Assembly (NCBI GenBank): GCA_964562805.1
Contig: CAZLUT010000003.1
Span: 6,707-70,706, forward strand
Reading direction: 5' to 3'
Length of the DNA: 64,000 bases
From: an uncultured bacterium
GTDB taxonomy: Bacteria; Omnitrophota; Omnitrophia; Omnitrophales; CAZLUT01
Positions 57,729-64,000 of this stretch are shown in pieces. Position 1 is the stretch's first letter. The number at the start of each line of letters is the position of its first letter. Both the position numbers and the translations under genes were made by a program. A model generated the notes under the pieces. That model ran no database searches. It was not told where the DNA came from and was given only the letters and a program-made list of their open reading frames with translations.

Positions 57729-58817
57729 TTATCTTAATTTTAAGGTGCTTAATCCAATTAAGGCTAAAATAAGCGCGATGATCCAAAGCCTAATAGTCAC
57801 TTTTGTGTCGGGCCACCCCTTCAGCTGTAAATGGTGGTGGAATGGCGACATTAGAAAAATTCGTTTTCCGGTTAGCTTGAATGAGATGATTTGAATAATA
57901 ACCGAGAACGCTTCCCAGGCAAAAACACCTCCTATAATTAAAAGAACCAGTTCCTGTTTTACAAAAATTACGATAGCGCCCAAAGCACCTCCCAACGCCA
58001 AGGAGCCCGTATCTCCCATAAAAACACTGGCGGGAGGGGCGTTCCACCACAAAAAACCAATCCCAGCGCCGATTAAGGAGCCGGCAATTACCGCGAGTTC
58101 ACCTGTGCTTTCGATATACTGAATATTTAAATAATCGGCAAAAACAAAATTTCCTGTTAAATATGCTATCACTCCAAACGCCGCGGTCGCAAAGCAAAAG
58201 CACCCGATTGCCAATCCATCCATTCCATCCGTTAAATTGATCGCGTTTGACGTGCCTACCATCACACAGATAACAAGAGGAATATAAAAAATCCCCAAAA
58301 CCCAAACAACATTTTTAAAAAAGGGGACAGTAATTTTGGTATCAAAAGTCGGGTCCAGATATAGATAAACTGCAAAAATAGCAGCTAATGAAAGTTGTCC
58401 TATTAATTTTGTTCGAGAACTGATTCCTTTTGTATCTTGAAAACGTATTTTTAAATAGTCATCCACAAACCCTAAGATTCCATACCAAAGAATCACAATG
58501 ATCACGAGGATAGAAAAGCGGTTATGAAAATTCATCCACAAAAAATTTGAGAACAAAACACTTAAAATAATCAATACACCCCCCATCGTTGGGGTTTCTT
58601 TTTTATCTTTGTAGAAGCCGTGTATTTCTTCGGCATGAGGTCTTTTGGTGGAACCAACCGCTCGAATACGTTTTAAACAGCGGATAATCCAGGGGCCAAA
58701 AATAACACAGATTAAAAAAGCAGTCACGGCGGCCATAGCAGAACGAAAAGTAATATAGCGAAATACGTTGAAAAATATGTGTTCGTCGCCTAATGGGTAT
58801 AAAAATTCATAAAACAT
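57729..58817 (-). CDS. mraY: phospho-N-acetylmuramoyl-pentapeptide transferase
   Basis: 10-TM MraY with conserved DD and HHH cytoplasmic loop motifs. Confidence 0.9.
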   Translation of the reverse strand: MFYEFLYPLGDEHIFFNVFRYITFRSAMAAVTAFLICVIFGPWIIRCLKRIRAVGSTKRPHAEEIHGFYKDKKETPTMGGVLIILSVLFSNFLWMNFHNRFSILVIIVILWYGILGFVDDYLKIRFQDTKGISSRTKLIGQLSLAAIFAVYLYLDPTFDTKITVPFFKNVVWVLGIFYIPLVICVMVGTSNAINLTDGMDGLAIGCFCFATAAFGVIAYLTGNFVFADYLNIQYIESTGELAVIAGSLIGAGIGFLWWNAPPASVFMGDTGSLALGGALGAIVIFVKQELVLLIIGGVFAWEAFSVIIQIISFKLTGKRIFLMSPFHHHLQLKGWPDTKVTIRLWIIALILALIGLSTLKLR

Positions 58818-58818
58818 A

Positions 58819-60321
58819 CTATAAGACCTCAGACTTCAGACCGGAGACTTCAGACTTAGAAGCAATCCAGCTGTTAACAACTTTTTTATCAGAAAAATAT
58901 TTTTTTTCGGTGCCAATGATTTGATAATCCTCATGCCCTTTGCCTAAAATCAAAAGAATATCGTGTGGGCGAGCATCTTCCAAGGCTTTTTTAATCGCTT
59001 CTTCCCTGTCCGGAATCCGACAATAGGGCTTAGAAAGATTAGCGGTAATATTATCCAAAATTTGTTCCGGATTTTCGGTTCGCGGATTATCTGAAGTAAC
59101 AAAAATCTTATCCGAAAAATTCTGGACCGCCTCAGCCATCAGAGGGCGTTTGGTTTTATCGCGATCACCTCCGCAGCCAAAAATAGTTATAACTTTTCCT
59201 TTTTCTCCAATTTTTATTTCAGAGACTGAACGTAAGACATTCGTAATCGCATCCGGCGTATGGGCATAATCAACAAAGACCGTAAATGGCAATTCGGCAC
59301 CGACCCTCTCCATGCGCCCCGGAATCCCCTGAAACTCAGTCAAACGTGGGATAACTTCTTCCGGCTGAATATCCTCGAGAGAGACGGCCGTTAAAGCTGC
59401 TACTAAATTAGAAACATTGTAATTACAGACAAGCGAGGAGGTAATTGAATAAACCGCACCTCTAAAATGCCATTTAAAACTCACACCATCAAGGTTTGAA
59501 ATGATATCAGAAGCCCACGAGTCAGCCTCCTCTCTTATCGAATAAGTCACCACTTCTCGCCCTTCGGCTCTCAGGTCTTGAATCAATTTTCTTCCATATT
59601 CATCATCTTGATTAATGATACATTTTTCCGGCGTATGCTCCGAAAAAAGCTTTTTTTTGGAATTAAAATAATCGTCAAGTGTCGAATGATAATCTAAATG
59701 GTCCTGTGTCAAATTAGTGAATATTGCTGTTTCAAATTTGTAATCTGAAAGTCGTTTTTGTTTTAAGGCGTGAGAAGAGACTTCCAACACGCCGTATCGG
59801 ATATTTCCTTTAACCGCCAAGTCCATTAACCGCGTCATCTCCATTATCCCCGGCGTTGTATTTGAAGCACTGAATCTCTTATCTTTAATGCGATACTCAA
59901 CAGTCCCAATTAAAAAAGAATTATTTTCCGGGTTAAGTAAAAAATCGATCAAATAAGAAACGGTTGTTTTGCCGTTGGTGCCCGTAATCCCGACCAATTT
60001 TATTTTTTTTGCCGGATCACCGTAAAATTGTTTTACAATTTTGGGAAATATTTCTTTGGTGTCATTACACTGAATCCAAGTAATGTCCCGAGAAGGCGTT
60101 CGAGGAACGGTCTCACAGAGAATTGCCCGAGCTCCCTTTTCAATCGCCTCCTCGATAAACTGATGGCCGTCCCGCACCTCACCCCGTAAAGCCACGTAAA
60201 GACAGCCGGGCTTCGTCTCTCTTGAATCTGAGGTTAAAAAACTAAAGGCTTGATCCGGATTCCCCCAAATTTTTAAATCAGAATAACATTTAAAAAATTC
60301 CGTTATTTTTTTCACAACCAT
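58819..60321 (-). CDS. murE: UDP-N-acetylmuramoyl-L-alanyl-D-glutamate--2,6-diaminopimelate ligase
   Basis: GITGTNGKTT P-loop, DNPR motif; C-terminal 14 aa (ASKSEVSGLKSEVL) are encoded by a heptamer array. Confidence 0.9.
   Translation of the reverse strand: MVVKKITEFFKCYSDLKIWGNPDQAFSFLTSDSRETKPGCLYVALRGEVRDGHQFIEEAIEKGARAILCETVPRTPSRDITWIQCNDTKEIFPKIVKQFYGDPAKKIKLVGITGTNGKTTVSYLIDFLLNPENNSFLIGTVEYRIKDKRFSASNTTPGIMEMTRLMDLAVKGNIRYGVLEVSSHALKQKRLSDYKFETAIFTNLTQDHLDYHSTLDDYFNSKKKLFSEHTPEKCIINQDDEYGRKLIQDLRAEGREVVTYSIREEADSWASDIISNLDGVSFKWHFRGAVYSITSSLVCNYNVSNLVAALTAVSLEDIQPEEVIPRLTEFQGIPGRMERVGAELPFTVFVDYAHTPDAITNVLRSVSEIKIGEKGKVITIFGCGGDRDKTKRPLMAEAVQNFSDKIFVTSDNPRTENPEQILDNITANLSKPYCRIPDREEAIKKALEDARPHDILLILGKGHEDYQIIGTEKKYFSDKKVVNSWIASKSEVSGLKSEVL
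58821..58862 (-). repeat. heptamer tandem array (family A variant AGACYTN), 5-6 units, forming murE 3' end
   Basis: agacctc agacttc agaccgg agacttc agactta; on sense strand TAA/TGA/TGA/TGA/TAG fall in all three frames, murE frame ends at the last TAG. Confidence 0.55.
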
Positions 60322-60734
60322 CAGCTTCTTCGCGTTAAAGCTTCGATTTTTAAGATTCCTTCGCGTCGTAGTTCATCTAAAAGTCCGACAACATCGCCAT
60401 AGGGCGTCTTCTGATCGGCCTTCAGCACAACCGGCAATGATTTTTCATAAAAACTCCATCCTCTAACTTTTGCTATCAACGCTTTTTTACTGACCGTAAC
60501 TCCATCTAGGCTATAAGTTCCGTTTTTTTGGATATTAATTTCATGGTTTTTTTGGGTCGTCGCTGGCTTTGAACTTTTCGCTTTTGGTAAATTAAGTTCC
60601 AGAGCTCCCAATCGATCAAACGTCGTAGATAAAGCAAAAAAGATTAAAAGGATAAACAAAACATCGACTAGGGATGTCACATTGATAAACAGCTGACGGC
60701 GTCTATGTTTTGAAAGGTGAGGTTCTAGCCACAT
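60321..60734 (-). CDS. exbD: ExbD/TolR-family biopolymer transport protein
   Basis: Single TM with conserved Asp (LVDVLFILLIFF) and periplasmic domain; 137 aa. Confidence 0.8.
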   Translation of the reverse strand: MWLEPHLSKHRRRQLFINVTSLVDVLFILLIFFALSTTFDRLGALELNLPKAKSSKPATTQKNHEINIQKNGTYSLDGVTVSKKALIAKVRGWSFYEKSLPVVLKADQKTPYGDVVGLLDELRREGILKIEALTRRS

Positions 60735-60740
60735 ATTATT

Positions 60741-61388
60741 TTAAGCTTTTGAAGCTCGGGTATTGATAAGTCCTTTGAGTTCAGCAATATAGAGCTTTCC
60801 GCATTCTTCGATCACCAACAAAAGCTTTTCCGCTTTTTTTGAAAAAAAGGTATAAGCAATCAAAGCAGGTACTGCGATGATCAAGCCGGTAATTGTAGTG
60901 ATCAAAGCCTCTGATATTCCTTGAGAAAGTGCCAGGGAATTACCCGCTCCCCCTGATGCAAGGCCATGAAAAATACTCACCATCCCCAATACGGTTCCCA
61001 AAAGACCTAATAAAGGACTGGTTGTCGCAATAATATTTAAAATTTCTAATCGTTTTTCAAGTTCTTGCCATATTCTTTTAAAATAAGAGTGGGCTAATTC
61101 TTCTAAAATTTCTTTAGAAACATAGTTTTTCTGGTTAATCTGGGCGAGAAACCGGCTTAAGACCGTAGGGTTTGATTGAATTAATAATTCGACATCTTGA
61201 AGCGACCTCCCCTCCTCGAGAGCTTGGACAATCGGCTCGGATATAACTTGCGCGCGATGAAGCTTGATAGCTCTTTCAATGATAACCGCGAGCATAATAA
61301 CTGAAAATATCAATAAAGGAACCATTACCCAGCCGCCCTTTAAAATCCACTCAGGATTCATTAGAAACACTCTCTTTCTCCCGGACAT
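60741..61388 (-). CDS. exbB: MotA/TolQ/ExbB-family proton channel
   Basis: Three TM helices with conserved ExbB/TolQ C-terminal TM pair; 215 aa. Confidence 0.8.
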   Translation of the reverse strand: MSGRKRVFLMNPEWILKGGWVMVPLLIFSVIMLAVIIERAIKLHRAQVISEPIVQALEEGRSLQDVELLIQSNPTVLSRFLAQINQKNYVSKEILEELAHSYFKRIWQELEKRLEILNIIATTSPLLGLLGTVLGMVSIFHGLASGGAGNSLALSQGISEALITTITGLIIAVPALIAYTFFSKKAEKLLLVIEECGKLYIAELKGLINTRASKA

Positions 61389-62049
61389 TGATCCGGATTA
61401 AATCAGATTGCAAACTAATAAGCGGATGCGTTAAGTCTCCGCTTAATTTAAACTGAAAAGTTAAAGGTTTTCCCAAATTTTCCGATTTTTGATTTTTGGA
61501 AAATAAATTTTGATTCAAGCTTTTGAAAGTCTCGAGAAGCTCCGGTGAGCTGACCCGGAGAGTTGCCTTGAGATCCGAATTACCGCGGCCCTCACGAACC
61601 AATTTTCCTTTAGCTTCAAACATAATTCCGTTACCTCTAATGCTGCAGCTTTGAACCAAAATTCCCTTACCTGAAAATACAACTATTTTAGCATCTAAAA
61701 CATCAAAGGTTGCTTTCGAAAAAAAAGAATTAATTAAATTGTCATTCGTTTCTAAAGATAAGTTATTCGCTTTGATTTGAAGCGGGGCTTGACCCAAAAG
61801 CGTTTCGAGAGGCGAAAATTTAATCCGGCCGCGGCTAGCCCTGATCTGAAACGATTTCTTTTTTGAAATTTTAAGATCTTTAAAATGAATCGCCCCCAAC
61901 AAAAAGGGGCTTAAATTCTTTCCGGTAATTTCAATTTCGGCTCCGCGTTCTAAGCGCAGCAAAAGAATTTTTTGGGATAGAGGTGTAATCAAAAAATACA
62001 AAAGCCCTGCCACGAATACCGTGAGCAGGACTTTGGTTATGATTTTCAA
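61351..62049 (-). CDS. membrane-anchored periplasmic protein of unknown function (TolA/AsmA-like position)
   Basis: N-terminal TM then beta-rich periplasmic region; 38-nt overlap with exbB suggests later start. Confidence 0.4.
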   Translation of the reverse strand: MKIITKVLLTVFVAGLLYFLITPLSQKILLLRLERGAEIEITGKNLSPFLLGAIHFKDLKISKKKSFQIRASRGRIKFSPLETLLGQAPLQIKANNLSLETNDNLINSFFSKATFDVLDAKIVVFSGKGILVQSCSIRGNGIMFEAKGKLVREGRGNSDLKATLRVSSPELLETFKSLNQNLFSKNQKSENLGKPLTFQFKLSGDLTHPLISLQSDLIRINVREKESVSNES

Positions 62050-62061
62050 TTACTGATTAAC

Positions 62062-62721
62062 CTAGCTAATGGATTTCTTAGGCAGCAGCTCCTGAATCCG
62101 CTTGGGAGAAACAATAATTTCAACGCGTCTATTTTTCTGTCTTCCCGCCACACTTGCGTTATCAGCCACTGGGCTATATTCTCCATAACCGCAAACAACA
62201 AGCCGTGATGGATTAACTCCTTTTTCAATCAGAAAATGCAGCACCCCGTTAGCACGGGCGGTTGAAAGTTCCCAGTTTGATTTCCAGGCGGAATATTTGA
62301 TCGGAGCACTGTCCGTATGGCCCTCAATATAAACCATATTAGAAGGTACGGTCGTATTCAAGATATTAGCCACCTTTTCAAGCGTCGCTTCGGATGAGGT
62401 TTTAAGGTCCGCTTTTCCCGAGTCGAAAAGGACTTTGTTTAGTACTGTTATAACAAGGCCGCGCTCCTTTAGCGCCAAATTTAAATCGCCCGCTGAGAGT
62501 TCGGGCTTCAGCTTTTCTTCCAAGCTTTTTTTGGCATCAAGAAGCTCTTCGCGGGACTTGGAAAGAACATTGAGCTCTGTATTAAGCCTTGCGATTTCGT
62601 TGTTCAGCTTTTCAACAGCGCGCTGCTGGTCAATATTTTGTTGTTCTAACTGTTTGTGCTTCGCGCAACCGGTGAGCGCAACCAGTATCAGTAACGGTGC
62701 TATTAAAATAAATCGTTTCAT
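62062..62721 (-). CDS. OmpA-domain peptidoglycan-binding lipoprotein with coiled-coil (Pal/MotB-like)
   Basis: Lipobox LTGC, about 60 aa coiled coil, OmpA_C motifs (GHTDSAP..N..LSTARANGV, NRRVEI). Confidence 0.75.
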   Translation of the reverse strand: MKRFILIAPLLILVALTGCAKHKQLEQQNIDQQRAVEKLNNEIARLNTELNVLSKSREELLDAKKSLEEKLKPELSAGDLNLALKERGLVITVLNKVLFDSGKADLKTSSEATLEKVANILNTTVPSNMVYIEGHTDSAPIKYSAWKSNWELSTARANGVLHFLIEKGVNPSRLVVCGYGEYSPVADNASVAGRQKNRRVEIIVSPKRIQELLPKKSIS

Positions 62722-62731
62722 AAACCCTCCT

Positions 62732-62950
62732 CTAGAAATGAATTGGGAACCAGCTGTTGATTGACTGATAAATCTGCTGGCTCATTTTTGGATTAAAAAC
62801 ATCACTTACGAGCATTCCAAGACCTAAAATCAAAAAAAGTAAGCTTAACGATAAAAGAAAGCCATATTTTTTTGGAAGCGACTGGATAAGGGGGGGCGCG
62901 ATCGAAATAGGCGCCGGTCCTTCAATTTTAATGCCAAGTTTTTGAGACAC
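62732..62950 (-). CDS. small membrane protein
   Basis: 72 aa with one TM helix; tightly packed between OmpA-like gene and HD-GYP gene. Confidence 0.35.
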   Translation of the reverse strand: MSQKLGIKIEGPAPISIAPPLIQSLPKKYGFLLSLSLLFLILGLGMLVSDVFNPKMSQQIYQSINSWFPIHF

Positions 62951-63937
62951 CTAATTGGCCCTCCACTCTTTATGTTTTTGTGCTAACTTCAAAAAGCTTT
63001 TTACCACGGCGGGGTCAAATTGTCTTCCACTTTCTTTTTCGATCTCTTTTAAAGCTCTGAGGGTTGACGTTTTTTTTCGATAGGGCCGATCTGAAGTCAT
63101 TGCCGTAAAAGCATCAACAACAGCGATAATCCTGCCTCCTAATGGAATTTTATCTCCCTTTAACCCCTGAGGATAGCCTTTTCCGTCAAAACGCTCATGG
63201 TGCGTTAAAATCAGCGGTAAAACAGGTTTTAAAGAATGAATGGATTCCAAAACCCGGGCTCCAATCAGAGGATGTTTTTTGATTTGAGCAAATTCTTTTG
63301 GCGTCAATTTTCGAGTCTTAGAAAATATCTTGTCAGAAATGCCGGCGTGCCCCACATCCAGCAATGATGTTGCCTGTTCGACACAAGCCCGCGCTTCTCT
63401 GCCCATATGTAGATCCCGGGCAATTTCGACTGCTATTTTTTTAAAAAAAGGCGAGCTGACATTAGTGCTTCTTTGGTTGAGCTCCAGCATTTCATTAATT
63501 GATTGAATGCTGCCTTCTGTGATTTTCTCGCTCTCTTCAAAAAGCTCGGCGTTTTTAATGGCCAAAACAGCCTGTTCGCTCATAGTTTTCAAAATCTCTA
63601 AATCAACGCGAGTAAACGGCTGGTTATCTTTCTTGTTTTCTAAAACGATGATCCCGGCAACATCGTCTTTAATTAAAGGTACGATAACTTTACTTTTTTG
63701 CAGTATAAATTCTCCGGTATCCGCCGACTTCCCCTCCGCACCTTGACCCAATTTAATTTGAGCGGTTCTTTTACGGTCTCCGATAGAAATCCGGGGAATT
63801 AAAACTGTTAAGTGTTCATTCAAAAGGTATATGGTGCAATCTTTGGCATTAACAATTTGAGCAGCCAGTCTTGCGACCCGGGGCAGCAGATCTTCAATTG
63901 AAAGTGATTGCCGGATAAGCCGATGAACCGAATGCAT
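62951..63937 (-). CDS. GAF-domain HD-GYP c-di-GMP phosphodiesterase
   Basis: N-terminal GAF-like fold and C-terminal HD-GYP motifs (HH..HERFDGKGYP). Confidence 0.75.
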   Translation of the reverse strand: MHSVHRLIRQSLSIEDLLPRVARLAAQIVNAKDCTIYLLNEHLTVLIPRISIGDRKRTAQIKLGQGAEGKSADTGEFILQKSKVIVPLIKDDVAGIIVLENKKDNQPFTRVDLEILKTMSEQAVLAIKNAELFEESEKITEGSIQSINEMLELNQRSTNVSSPFFKKIAVEIARDLHMGREARACVEQATSLLDVGHAGISDKIFSKTRKLTPKEFAQIKKHPLIGARVLESIHSLKPVLPLILTHHERFDGKGYPQGLKGDKIPLGGRIIAVVDAFTAMTSDRPYRKKTSTLRALKEIEKESGRQFDPAVVKSFLKLAQKHKEWRAN

Positions 63938-64000
63938 CGTTGATAAGGCAACTGCTCGAGGATGAACTGTTTCATAAAAATTATGGAGTTCATGTGTTCT

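Noticed and set aside
60321-62721. Zorya-type antiphage system (MotA/MotB-like ZorAB)
   Set aside because: The MotA-like protein is only 215 aa (ExbB/TolQ size), with no long ZorA tail and no ZorC/ZorD-like genes. The context is cell-wall biosynthesis.

Overview
This 64 kb window is about 39-40% GC and looks like bacterial chromosome. About 60 of 63 credible genes lie on the minus strand, and many junctions are 1-4 nt overlaps consistent with operons. I found no rRNA, tRNA, CRISPR array, transposase, integrase or prophage gene.

Gene content from left to right (all transcribed right to left unless noted):
- An exopolysaccharide/LPS export locus: Wza, a Wzc BY-kinase, a Wzy/O-antigen-ligase-like gene split by an in-frame TGA, an OM beta-barrel and a TPR protein.
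- A lipid scavenging cluster: lysophospholipase-like hydrolase, FadD-type acyl-CoA ligase, a three-domain cNMP-binding/P-loop/patatin phospholipase, glpD and glpK.
- A c-di-GMP receptor cluster (PilZ, YajQ, PilZ) containing an STI1-like Met-repeat mini-protein.
- Housekeeping genes: lepB, lepA, rpe, an M16 peptidase, ruvX, trpA, trpB.
- A divergent MtfA-like M90 peptidase, a yciH/SUI1 gene, BatD/BatE-like genes, a TPR peptidase-MA protein, an M48 peptidase, recN, queD, mazG and pcrA.
- A lipoate ligase with gcvPB-PA-H-T.
- A dcw cluster murE-mraY-murD-ftsW-murG-murC-murB-ddl-ftsQ-ftsA with no ftsZ, murF or ftsI in place.
- An ExbB/ExbD module with an OmpA-domain coiled-coil lipoprotein, then a GAF-HD-GYP phosphodiesterase.

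The most unusual features are sequence-level:
- Two families of short degenerate heptanucleotide tandem arrays sit exactly at cistron junctions. Their 7-nt period places TAG/TGA/TAA in all three frames on the sense strand.
- The yciH/SUI1 homologue has conserved N-terminal coding sequence with no canonical start codon; AUU with a good SD is the only candidate.
- A 170 bp element at 18.5 kb is bounded by near-perfect 21-26 bp inverted repeats (MITE-like or structured RNA).
- A perfect 26 bp palindrome lies at 7854-7879.
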